From Eledone cirrhosa (lineage: Eukaryota): DNA of 64,000 bases. Of this stretch, positions 40,260 through 52,267 are shown piece by piece. The stretch spans positions 55,924,001 to 55,988,000 of the forward strand of contig OZ024742.1 of assembly GCA_964016885.1 (NCBI GenBank), given 5' to 3'. A program made the translations under genes and the position numbers. The first letter of the stretch is position 1, and every line of letters begins with the position of its first letter. The notes under the pieces are model-generated. The model did no database searches, had not been told where the DNA came from, and worked only from the letters and a program-made list of their open reading frames with translations.

Positions 40260-42240
40260 AGGGACCTGGGACATTATTATTATTTAAAACTTCCTTTGAA
40301 TTCTGCTTCTTTCCCAACTCATTCCGTGTGTCAACCTGAGACCTGAGGCAGAATTTGCGAATACACATTTTACAATCAAATGTCATACAAATTATGCCAT
40401 AAGGGCATAAACAACAGTAAATTTCTTTGCAAAGATTTTAAACTGGTAATGCCCTTCTCGGGACATGGGAATTGCCAGTCAGCACTATTTTCTGTATCTC
40501 TTGCAGACATGGCTTTCCAGGTATCCAGTCTAAATATATATTAGTACACTGTTATCATTGCATGTGCGCTGACTATCGTCAGTTTTGTACAGGCCATGAG
40601 ATGCCTACATTTTCTCAATTTCAATTGGTAAATCTTCATACTTACTGAGGTTTCCGACCTCTTTCGAGATGTTACGATCTGATTACATGCTCATGTCAAT
40701 TATTAAACATTTTCCCTCTATGGTTCTTCACAATTATAATAGGTTCATTGGCCTTGATTGTAATGTCAATTTTCACAAGCAAATCCCACAGGATTATAGC
40801 ATGTGACTCCTGTCATTAAAACTGGGTGATAATTGGACCAATAATTTCTCTCTAGTTTTCTACCATAAACCTGCATATTATGCGGTGTAAATATTGCCCC
40901 ACTCTGTCGTGCCTCGTTTTCTATCCCTGGGAAGATGATAATGTGCATTCTGAAACCAGGAGATTAATGTTCTCAACATGTTCAGAGTATCGACACTTTG
41001 GATCAGTTCCATTTCAGATTACATTGGCTTGAATGTTGCGCATTGAAAAAAAAATGATTTCATGCAGAAAAAATGAATCCCTAATTCACGCTTTAACCCA
41101 GAAATCCTAAACCCCTAATGGATGACAATTTGATATACATCAGGTTCTTTGATGCCGAGAACATACTGCCCATGAAGTGTTTTTTGCTCCCATTTAGTGC
41201 ATCGCTTCCGTTGACCTTCATCGTTTGCCAACATTCTGAAATTCCTTGTGGCTTTATTTGCAGAATCCCCATCATTTTCAAAATATATTCCCAATCCTTC
41301 CGCAAAATTATTATTTGTCTTTATGACTGAATGTAACATATTTTTCCTTTCATGGACTGCAACCACTTTCATTATCCAGTCATCTGTGGTTTTGAAGTAC
41401 TATTTCAGTCGAATGGTTGATATTTTGCACGACAGCTCACGCTAGATCATTCCTCTAGGGATATAACAACTATCCACATCTGCTTTTGGGTGATGTAGTT
41501 TATTACAGGTCAGAAATTTCCTGATTTTGGTGCCCATTTGCTTTATTTCATAAACATTCCATTTAATGATATTGAAATTATAGGTGTCAACTGGAATTGA
41601 AAGCTCATTTATCGCAGATATTTTATTGAGTTGAGCTCAGTTTTCAAAGCAAGTACTCACCGGTAACATTCCTCCCTGATTCTATCTTTCAAGCCGGTGC
41701 TGAGGAATACATTGGCCCTCATTGATACCTAGATATCTGTAGGCTTGTTCTTGTTCTAATTCCTCAATTATTGTATTATTAACATCTATTTCCATTAAGT
41801 TTTTCCTTGTCCTTCTGCCTTACTTGAATGTTGCTTTGGCGCATGTTTCCAATCCAAATTCCATCCCTACATCATGGCTGAACACCGTAACAGTCCTTCC
41901 AATTCACTGTCATTTTTGACATACAGTTTCAAGTTATCCATATAAAACAGATGATTTATGTTGTTGTTGTCTATTTGTAGCCATATTTTGCTTTATTAAG
42001 CGCTAAAGATAGAGTTGTGAGTGCATTGCAAAATATCAGAGGAGCAAACAATCACTTTCAAATATACCAAAGTTAATACTTATACTACTGGAATTTATAG
42101 TTCCATCGCGATGTGACAGTTATAGATTTGTATTCCATACATATATGATGTATTTTAGGGTGTTTTATATTACTGGGGAAATTTTCTGAAGATCCAATTT
42201 TTTTCAAAATCCATGAGTGGGGAACACTATCAAATCCATT
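40260..42240 (-). pseudogene. Highly decayed R4/Dong-like non-LTR retrotransposon
   Basis: NHLFYMDNLKLY, GMEFGLETCA, YRYLG, HHPKADVDSCYIPR, KWEQKTLHGQY; boundaries approximate. Confidence 0.7.
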
Positions 42241-42329
42241 ATATTATTACTATTATTATTGTTATATAACATAATACATTTTTCTTCAGTTTTCATTATT
42301 ATAATTGTAATTATTTCTTTTTTTTATGA

Positions 42330-43572
42330 AAGCGGTGGATTGACAGTTTCGGCAAGGCGTCGGACAACATGCTTTTCGGCGTATAGTTACGTCCCTTTAT
42401 GTACTTAATTGAGTTTACCTTTGCATTTCATCATTACATTGTCGATAAAATAGAGCCCCAGTAATAGACTGGGGAAATTCAATCGAGATTTCACTCCTCA
42501 AAATTCTTCACCTTGTGCTTAAATCAGAAATCCTTATTATTATTATTGCATATTATAGGGCGGTGGATTGGCAGTATCGGTAGAGAGTCGGACACCATGC
42601 TTTGCAGCATAGAGTTACGGTCCTTTACGGTCTGAGTTCTAATCCCGCCGTGGTTAACTTTGCCTTTCATCCATAAGGGGTCGATAAAATAAAGTACCAG
42701 TCACGCACTGGGGTCGTGTTAATCGACTTTCGCCTGACCGAAATTTTCTGGACTTGTGCCTATACTAGAAATCATTATTATTGCGGTGAATTGGCAGTAT
42801 CGGTAGAGGGTCGGACGCCATGCTTTCCAGCATAGTTACGTTCCTTTACGATCTGCGTTCAAATCCCTCCGAGGTTGACTTTCCCTTTCATCTTTACGGG
42901 GTCGATAAAATAAAGTACCAGTAATGCACTGGGTAATTGCTGGCCTTGTGCCTAAAGTAGAAACAATTATTATTGCATAGTATGTATGTTATATTGTGTA
43001 TTATGTATGTTATATTATTATTATAGTTATGAATGCCATGTTGTTTTTCGTGTACGCATTGTTGTTTTTCGTGAAGTTATTTATATTGTATCGAAAATAC
43101 TCTTCGTAATGCATTTGTAGTACCTACTTGTGCTATTTTCTGTATAGTTTATATAATTGTAAATGTCATAATTATTATGGTGGATTGGCAGTATCAGTAG
43201 CGCGTCGGACAATATGCTTTGCAGCATATACCTACGACTCTTTACGCCTTGAGTTGAAATCCCGCCGAGCTTAGTTTTGCCTTTCAACCTTACGGAATCG
43301 ATAAAATAAAGTACCATTAATGCACGGGGGTCGATTTCATCGACTTTTCCCTACCCCAAAATTGTTCGCATTGAGCCTAAAACAGAAACCGATAAAATAA
43401 AGTACCAGTAAAGAACAGGGTAATTGCTGGCCTTGTGCCAAAAGTAGAAACAATTATTATGGTGAAGTGACAGTATCGTTAGAGCGTCGGAACATCAGCT
43501 TTGCTGCATATGATTACAGCCTTTTACATTCTGAGTTAAATCCTGCCAAGGTTAGCTTTGCTATTCATCCCG
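42330..43572 (+). mobile_element. Cluster of ~5 tRNA-derived SINEs with (ATT)n tails
   Basis: Copies start near 42330, 42558, 42783, 43178 and 43460; A-box TGGCAGTATCGG, B-box GTTCAAATCC, shared GCCTTTCATCC..GGGGTCGATAAAATAAAGTACCAG core. Confidence 0.85.
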
Positions 43573-43889
43573 TACACATAAACACATACGTAATCATATA
43601 TACACCCGTATACATACATTTTGAGTATATTTGTGCACAGAGGAAAGGTGAAGGAAATGTTGTAACTAAGCAATGGGCTGTTAGTATCTATGGTGTTTCA
43701 GGAAATAGCATTGCCATTTGTTAAACTTCTTTTATAATTCAAAGAAGACCATTTTAGGTAATGGAAGTGTTGATTGCTACGAAGCTGAAAGATGAAAGGA
43801 GTAATCAAGATCACAGAAAAATGAAGCCGACTTTTAAAAAGCAGGTTATTCGACGCCCTACCCATACTGTCAACCATCATAATTATAGT

Positions 43890-43978
43890 TTCTTATTTAA
43901 AGACAAGGCCAACAACTTTGAGTGAGGGAAATATCATTACACCGACCCCAGTACGTGACAGGTACTTTATTTTATCGT
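43890..43978 (-). mobile_element. SINE 3' fragment
   Basis: Reverse complement reads CGATAAAATAAAGTACCTG..CTGGGGTCG..GGCCTTGT. Confidence 0.7.
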
Positions 43979-46489
43979 TATCGTTACTTTATGTTTATCA
44001 TTTCGTAGCAACCGCCACTCACATTTACTAAAATGTTTTTTTTTAATTATAAAATAATTTAAACAATTTAAACAATGGCAATATTCATTTCTGTAACATC
44101 ATAAATATTAGCAGCCCATTGATTAGTTATTCACTACATTTCCAACTCCCCTTTGTGCACAAATATATATGACTATGTATGCGTATGTGTGTATGGGTAT
44201 GATTCTATTTACAAATTAATTTTTGACTATCATATTATATAACTCAATTAGATACTGGTTATTATATTAACTTCATTATATTTCACTAAAGTTTATTCTT
44301 ATCTGACGATCTGCTGGATTTGAACAGATTACGAGCGAATGAATAAAGGGAGGTATATTCTGATTGAGCACTCAGGTGATTGTGTAACAGCGTTGAAGCA
44401 CAGGCTAGGTTATATAATGTAATAAATATTTAGTCAAATCTTCTTGCCTTTTTTAATACTCTATTTATATTAAATTATTCCGTAAAATTCTCTTTAGAAC
44501 CTTTTGCCATACTCGATGATTCAGCATCTGGATACTTTCGTTACATACTTGCACCAACCACACTGAACACAACTAATTGATAGGCTGTATATTTCAGTTT
44601 TTGTTTGCATATTCATTCCACGAATTAACGAACATCAGGGGAAATGTCTATATCTTCTCAAGAATAAACAAGAATAAACAAGACAACCGCAGACTTTCAA
44701 AAACACAAATTCTTATATGTTTCACGCTTCACGGATTTCAACGTACTACTTGAGGATATACTGTGTTCAATATGTAACATATGTTTCTGTATAATTATGT
44801 AACAGTCTACATCTACTGACTACATTGTACAATGTTCATTCGTATGCATTACGTGTCTGTGATTGCACTTCCTCCGAAAGAAAAAAAGAAAAAAAAATTA
44901 ACAGTGAAGAAGAAAAATTGGTTATACTGCTAGTTGTGGGGCCGTATTTCTGCAATAAGCGCTACTTACTGCTGACAAAGCTAAAGTATAAAACATTGGT
45001 ATATAGAGGAAATCAGAATTGAAATGTAGTTTACAAATGACAAATATAGTAAACAAAAGATAATAAATAAAGAATAAGTACGTGAATTACAATAGTTATA
45101 CCAAGCATAGATACTAAATTTATAATCTTGCCAGAGATTATATTCCAAATGGCCAATGAGAAGATTATTAGATTTGTAAGTAAAGGGAGTTTAAAAAGAG
45201 GAATGACTATGTTTGGTGAGGTAATCTAATTTGTTCATATATTGCAGATAGCAGGTGTGGCGGAGGGCTTCATATTACGAAATCGGCGGATGGTCTACCA
45301 GAACACTTTATTTGCTGATCTGAAGTCGAATTCAATCTTAACCCTACAGTTCTCCCATTTGTTAACTTTGGACGCCTTTACTCTCCCGGCTGCGATTCTA
45401 TGTGTCTACTTGTACCGCAAGTGCAAAGAGGACTTATTTTCAAGCCAAGGTTTTTAAGCTTCCTTCTTTGCTTGAATGGTATCTTTGACATCTTGATCGA
45501 TGAAGGGGTCTTCCTGCTACCTGGCGCCACACCAAGCCTCTTTTGTCCGCAGCATTTAACAGCTGAAGGAGAAATTGTTGCACTGAGCAATCTCTACTCT
45601 GTTTCAACGTCCTCATTTTTCTCAGGGAATTTTCTGAATTTGGATTCAATAGAATATGCATACCTCATACCTCATACAGATTTGCTTATCCACTAATGCT
45701 TCTCACGTTATCATGTAGGTCACCATCGACTTGTCATTGTTGTCGCATTCTTTGGGTAGTCTCAAATTTCAGAAAACTAGATGTTGATCAGTTAACAGCT
45801 CTGACCCTCTCTTAACACGAACATCTATCAGAGAATCAAAGATATCCGAGATCTTCTCCTTGGAAATTGTACCATAACCTTTTGAACTGGATACCTCTGC
45901 TACGCGCTCCAGGGAACATGTCGAGAAAAAAATAGTTGGTAAGCAGTCATCCATATTTATTTTGTTTGTGCATTCACTTCAAACATAATTGATATGATTT
46001 ACACAAAGAAATGTTATTTATCGTCTCGTATATATATAAATATACGTAAATTTGTCAGAATATACTTGACATGTCGATGAAAAGAGATAACTAAAAAATA
46101 TCATTCACGAAGCAAATACATATAGAATATCTTATACAAAATCAGTGAGGCGCAGATTACTGTAGAAGCATCTCTCACTGTGGATAGAAAAAAACATCGT
46201 TATTGCAGTTTCAACTCTAAAAGAGTAACCGGTAGTCTTTCAATAGATTGATATGGCCATTGTTAACATCATGAACTTCTCTTTAGAGGTTTAATTCGCT
46301 TAGGCATAAGAAAATAATAAAAAATATGTACACCCCTTAATAGGATTGTACTTATTCAATTATTTGTTGCACCATGCAGATTCATAGCGTCCGAAACGTT
46401 AATACCCCTTTCCTTCTATATCAATGGTTAACCTAATATACCCCTTCCATATACTGTACCGATTGTGTTGTTATTTCTGTTTACCTTTT

Positions 46490-46550
<61 letters not shown>

Positions 46551-46563
46551 TAAAGTTAGTCCT

Positions 46564-46628
46564 TCATCAGTGATCTTCCAACTATCATTGGTATTTCATC
46601 GCTTTAAAGACCATATACCTCCGGTTGG
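46564..46628 (-). ncRNA. Candidate permuted hammerhead with kink-turn (family B, copy 3)
   Basis: CCAACC-GGA-GGTA-TA-TGGTCTT-TAAAGCGAT-GAAA-TACC-AATGAT-AGTTGG-AAGATCA-CTGATGA. Confidence 0.6.
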
Positions 46629-47202
46629 TGCGAGCAACGGCTAAAAAAGTCGTTGGGACACGTAAATAAAGGGGACACGAGAGTGTAAACAAACAAAGAT
46701 GGTGAAGCAACGAAAAGTGATGAAGAAGGAATCAAGTCCCAAATTTCCATGAATATAAGTTCGGTGAAATCGTGAACGAGAGAGAATAAAGACCATCAAA
46801 CCTGTTTGGAATGTGAGCAAGGAAGGAATTCCGTACAGGTCTAACGGGAGGAAGAAGGGATCTAGTCTGTGAATTCGGTGAACGTAAGTTCTGTGAAATC
46901 GTAGACGAGAGAGAGAAAAAAAGCGACCTGCCTGACCAAGGGTGCGAAAGGAAAGAATTACGCACAGGTCAAACGGGAAGAAGGAGGAGGAGGAGAGGTA
47001 GTAACAGAGAGTGAGTGAGTGAGTGAAGGGTGAGGAAGAGGCTAACAGAGAGAGTGACTGTTAGAGAGGGTAAAGATACAGAGAAAAAGGAAGCAGTAAG
47101 AACGAAATAGACGGGTCACAACGGGGGAAAAAATATGTGTAAATATGAGAATAAACGTGCTGCCTGGTTGCTAATGGGTTACATATGAATAAAGTTAGTC
47201 CT

Positions 47203-47267
47203 TCATCAGTGATCTTCCAACCATCATTGGTATTTCATCGCTTTAAAGACAATATACCTCCGGTTGG
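47203..47267 (-). ncRNA. Candidate permuted hammerhead with kink-turn (family B, copy 4)
   Basis: CCAACC..GGTTGG outer stem; otherwise like copy 3 with one stem I mismatch. Confidence 0.58.
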
Positions 47268-47404
47268 TGCGAGCAACGGCTAAAAATAGTCGTTGGGACA
47301 CGTAAATAAAGGGGACACGAGAGTGTAAACAAACAAAGATGGTGTAGCAACGAAAAGTGAGGAAGAAGGAGTCAAGTCCCAAATTTCCATGAATATAAGT
47401 TCGG

Positions 47405-47481
<77 letters not shown>

Positions 47482-47485
<4 letters not shown>

Positions 47486-48275
47486 TATAGAGTAAAGCAT
47501 GTCCATAGAATTATTTGATAATATATATACATCATCTCTACTCCCAATCAGCATAATTAACCACACAAAAATCAATTAGACCAGGCTATAAGAATAAAAG
47601 GCACCTATGCAGAAACAGTAAATAAATACGCCACAGCAGCGTTTGGCCTCCAACCGCTCTAGAATTTTTACCCAACATTTGAACACCACGTGGAAATTAA
47701 TTAAATATACGGTCAACCATACATAATTAGGTAAAAATTAAAGTTAGAAATGCTTATATACATACCAGGATTAAATCACTAAATCCCGACCCATGGGTTT
47801 CGCTCACATTTTGAGATATCTTATTAAGGATAAATCTCGAGTTTAGAGCTCCCAGGGGACAAACTCGCTAGGGCAGATTATTTTCCGAAGTGGCCCCCGC
47901 CAAACACGAATTCAAAATGGTCATGAAGGTTGTGACTGGTTGCTTACGGCGAGTGGGTTGGTTGCTAGAAAGCGCAGCCCAATATCGCCCAAATTGTATC
48001 TCAACCTTATGGGAGATTATTAAATATAAATATTTACACATACACCAATTAAACAAAGTCACAGGTATATATGTGTTTTGGCAACTATTCACGATGTGGC
48101 TCAATGAAGAATTAATAAATTAAACAATCAGAGCCAAATACTATAGAGTAAAGCATGTCCAGAGAATTATTTGATAATATATATACATCATCTCTACTCC
48201 CAATCAGCATAATTGACCACACAAAATATTCAATTAGACCAGGCTATAAGAAAAACAGTAAATAAATACGCCACA
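47482..48275 (+). repeat. ORF-less element with ~140-bp terminal direct repeat (657-nt period) inserted in (TA)n
   Basis: 47482-47635 is repeated at 48139-48275. Confidence 0.8.
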
Positions 48276-48280
48276 CCAAA

Positions 48281-48338
<58 letters not shown>

Positions 48339-48465
48339 AAGTTTTATTTAAATTGTTGGGTTAACAACGAGTAAATATTTATAACTGATATAAAAGCACT
48401 CAACAAGTATTTGGAGTATATTTACGATATTAAATAAATGGAAACTATATTTATAAAACCATATT

Positions 48466-48531
48466 TATTTCATTATATATATTTCAGGGATATCATATTA
48501 AAAATATGTTATGCCTTCTTCAGACAAAATA
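48466..48531 (-). ncRNA. Type I hammerhead (inverted copy)
   Basis: Reverse complement of 51164-51229. Confidence 0.78.
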
Positions 48532-48548
48532 CAATATAAACAGTCTTA

Positions 48549-49796
48549 CTCAGGTAACTGACCTTGTGGGCCTATTTCTAATCAATTCGCTGCATAGGAA
48601 AATACCCGGTGCTACCGGAGGTTTATATAGAGATGACATGCTTTTACTTATTGAAAATAATAACTCTGAACTAAATAGAAAAAGAAAACAAATTACACAA
48701 TTTTTTAATTACTTTAATCTAAAAATAGAAATTGAGAATAACCATAGAATAGTCAATTTCCTAGATGTAACATTAAATCTCAACACATGTCTTCACTATC
48801 CATTTCACAAGTTGAATGAAAACTTAAACTATGTCAGCTTTAACTCTAACCACCCCAGATCTGTTAAAAATACTATAGTAAACTCTGTTCAAAATCGTAT
48901 CTCTAGAATCTCATCTAATAAAAAGATTTTCGACGAAAAAGCCCAGTATTACAATGAAGCGTTAGCTAGAGCAGGATATAGTGATAAAATTATGTACATA
49001 GATAATAATAGACAAACTAACCAAAATAACAACAATTTTAATTACGGCAACAACTTTAACAACTATAATAGAAAGCATTACAATAATTCCAAAAGCCAAA
49101 AAAGAAATAGAACTAGGAATATAATATGGTTTGCCCCCCCCTTTCTCACTAAACATTAAAACCCACATCGCTAAACTATTTTTTAATGCTCTTGATAATC
49201 GCTTCCCTAGAACACATAGGTATCACTCAATTTTCAATAGACATACTATAAAATTAACCTACTCATCCACCAAAAATTTAGCACAAAATATTAATAGAAT
49301 AAATAATAGGAATTTAAAACCTAGCCAAAATACCGATAATAGCATAAATAATATCCAAGTTAACAAATGTAACTGTAGAGATAGATCTAAATGTCCGTTA
49401 AATAACAATTGCTTAGTTAAAAATATAATATACAACTGTAATGTTAAAACGGACTTAAATTCTTTTAACTATGTTGGTTCCACCTCGACAGAATTTAAAC
49501 TTCGCTATAATAACCACAAGAATTCTTTCACAGATCCAAGCAAAAAATCCTCAACATCACTATCAGGCCTACTCTGGCAACTTAGGCATGATAACGTTGG
49601 ATATTCAACGGCTTGGAATATAGTCTCAAGAGGGATTCCTTTTAATTCATCCTCTGAGACATGTGACCTCTGCGCGGAGGAGATATTCTTTATACTAAAA
49701 TCTAAAAATTCCCTTAATTTACGGACAAATTTATTCAGTTGCTGCAGATATAGATTGAACTCAACTTTTAAATATAAATATAAATTTAAAATGTAG
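48549..49796 (+). pseudogene. Naiad-type RT-GIY-YIG fragment with a frameshift at the C-run near 49135
   Basis: QVTDLVGL, GGLYRDD, VNFLDVTL, CNCRDRSKCPL, IIY..YVGST, CDLCAEE. Confidence 0.9.
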
Positions 49797-51163
49797 TATA
49801 TTTAATTTGATTTATAATTATTTATGAAACTCGCCGATAAATCTTTCGATTCCTTTTTATTTTAAACATTCTTCATGAATAATTAAACTACCCTAAAAGC
49901 TGATGCTCCAAATATATCGAATAAATTTTACACTAGATAAACTTCTATATTAAATATAAGACCATCTGTAGATCAAATGGGTATCCTAAACTTTTGGAAT
50001 GTTTTCTGCTAGACAGGATTTGGTAAATAATTTTTGGTTTTGTTTGCTTTTGATTCTGATGCTTATAACGAACTTGGCAATATATTGTCAATTAACTTTG
50101 AAGGGTTGATCTCTGTGGTTGATTTGCGGGGCATACTATGTTTTATTTTTATTTTAATATTTTTAATATTTTTAATATTTTTTATTTTTTATATTTTTTG
50201 ATTTTTTGTTTTTTATTTACTTTTTGTTTCTGATATTTTTATTGATATATCGATATCTGTTCTCTATTTATGCTTGAACGATAATCATGTAGAGTAAAGA
50301 CATGAATAGTATTGTTAAAATTAATGTAGACTCTATATATATTTGTGTGTATGTACACATATATGTATACTTAAATTTTTATAGCACAATGAGAATGTTT
50401 TCGTGTGAAATAGGAATTTGCAGAGCTGATCACGTAAATTCACATGGATGTGTATAGTATAAAATCTGGGATAACCTTCTATTTTATCTCAACTCTAATA
50501 TAAACCTAGGAATTTTAGACTAGACATATGATCATTATTTTTCACACATTATTGATACGTGTCTCATTCATGAATACTGATATTTACATTATAATGCCCG
50601 GTTTATACGAATTGATATTTTTTACATTGATGAAACATAGTGTTTTAAATCTGCCTCGTTTTTGTCTGGATATTTTTCTTTTCTCTCTATGTAACGGCTG
50701 TTTTCTCTCTTAACCACATATATCTCTCTCTACATTAATACTAGAGCTAAATAAATAAATAAATAAATAAATATATCATTGATACATCATTCAACTGGTG
50801 CCCAACTACCTAGTTTCTTTCTCTCTATCTCTATCTATATCTATCTCTCTATATTTTCTCTCTCTCTCTCTCTCTCTCTCCTCTCTTCTCTCTCTCTCTC
50901 TATCTATCTCCCTCTGTGTTTTTCCTCTCTCTATATATCTCTCTCTGTTTCTTTACATGAATTTCTTCTCTCTATCTATCTCTCTATATATATATCTCTC
51001 TCTCTCTCTATTTAGTTGCATGCATTTCTTCTTTTTCTTCGTTTTTCTTTCTTTCTTTTTATAACTGTCCCTAATATTTTTTCACTACCAAATCAACTTT
51101 TCAAATAGAAGTCGAAGTTGAAAGGTATGTCGAATCTATCTATTTATAAGACTGTTTATATTG

Positions 51164-51229
51164 TATTTTGTCTGAAGAAGGCATAACATATTTTTAATAT
51201 GATATCCCTGAAATATATATAATGAAATA
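51164..51229 (+). ncRNA. Type I hammerhead
   Basis: TATTTTGT-CTGAAGA-AGG..CATATT/AATATG..CCT-GAAA-TATATA-TA-ATGAAATA. Confidence 0.78.
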
Positions 51230-51269
51230 AATATGGTTTTATAAATATAGTTTCCATTTATTTAATATC

Positions 51270-51350
<81 letters not shown>

Positions 51351-51357
<7 letters not shown>

Positions 51358-51925
51358 TGATAAACACGAAATGTGTTTATATTGCAACAGACAAAGTTAG
51401 CTATTAATGAAATAAACTAATTAAAGTGAATACAATTTGTCTGTCTCGATATAAGCCAATAAAGACAAGCTTATATTGGCAATCCTTAATCCTGCATAAG
51501 CGGCTGTTATTTCTAGCACCGTGAATGCTGGACGGCTAGTTTTGGCCTGCCTACACACGTGTAGTCAGACCTGCAAAATATTTGATGTGAGATATACTAA
51601 TTTTACTGGATTCCTGTTGATAAGCACAGAAGATTTGGATATTTCACTCTTTTATTTCTATTCCATTTCGATTCTCTTTATTTTTCAATTCACATTCCAC
51701 CGTTGCGAAACTTATTTAGGTTTCGAGGTTCAAATTCGTCTACAGAACAGGTTTGAATTTTGAAATTTAAATCTGTCCAGGAATCATGGCCGTTGCCAAT
51801 ATAAGCTTGTCTTTATTGACTTATATCGAGACAGACAAATTGTATTCACTTTAATTAGTTTATTTCATTAATAGCTAACTTTGTCTGTTGCAATATAAAC
51901 ACATTTCGTGTTTATCATATATTTT
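51351..51925. repeat. ~130-bp inverted repeat pair next to (TA)n
   Basis: 51351-51482 vs 51793-51925. Confidence 0.88.
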
Positions 51926-52267
51926 AAATGTATTTAACTGCTCGGAAGAGCCCCTTCCTGGAGCTTAATTATTGTAAACGACTGAGAGTTTATTCTCAAA
52001 ATATAATATAATATATATATATATATGAATTTACGTATTGTATATTTAATAATTTACTGTATGTTTATTTTACAACATTTTGAAGGCCATTCGCTATGAA
52101 TTTTAAAGTAGTGACTAACGTCACATACCTAGGCTCGTCAGAAGCAAAGGGGAGTAATCGACGGTCACCGTTTCTCACATGTAAGTGGTTGTCAAAACTG
52201 AATACCTCTTTTTGATTTTGCCGAGAGATATAAAAGCTAGATTTTTATAGAATTCCAGTCATGTTCA

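Larger units (their letters stand above)
46543..47408 (-). mobile_element. Non-coding tandem element family B (639-nt period), flanked by (TA)n
   Basis: 46543-46768 is repeated at 47182-47408; diverged homolog of 5997-6765. Confidence 0.85.
48423..51272 (+). mobile_element. 5'-truncated Naiad-type PLE with inverted pLTR
   Basis: 48423-48548 is the reverse complement of 51147-51272; (TA)n on the right flank. Confidence 0.88.

Noticed and set aside
45242-45954. Short ORFs in non-repetitive sequence, possibly an exon or transposase relic
   Set aside because: No recognisable motif; a BLASTX search would be needed.
52078-52150. Minus-strand CTGACGA..GC-GAAT-GGCC-TT hammerhead-like relic
   Set aside because: GAAA is broken and stem I is poor; too decayed to call.
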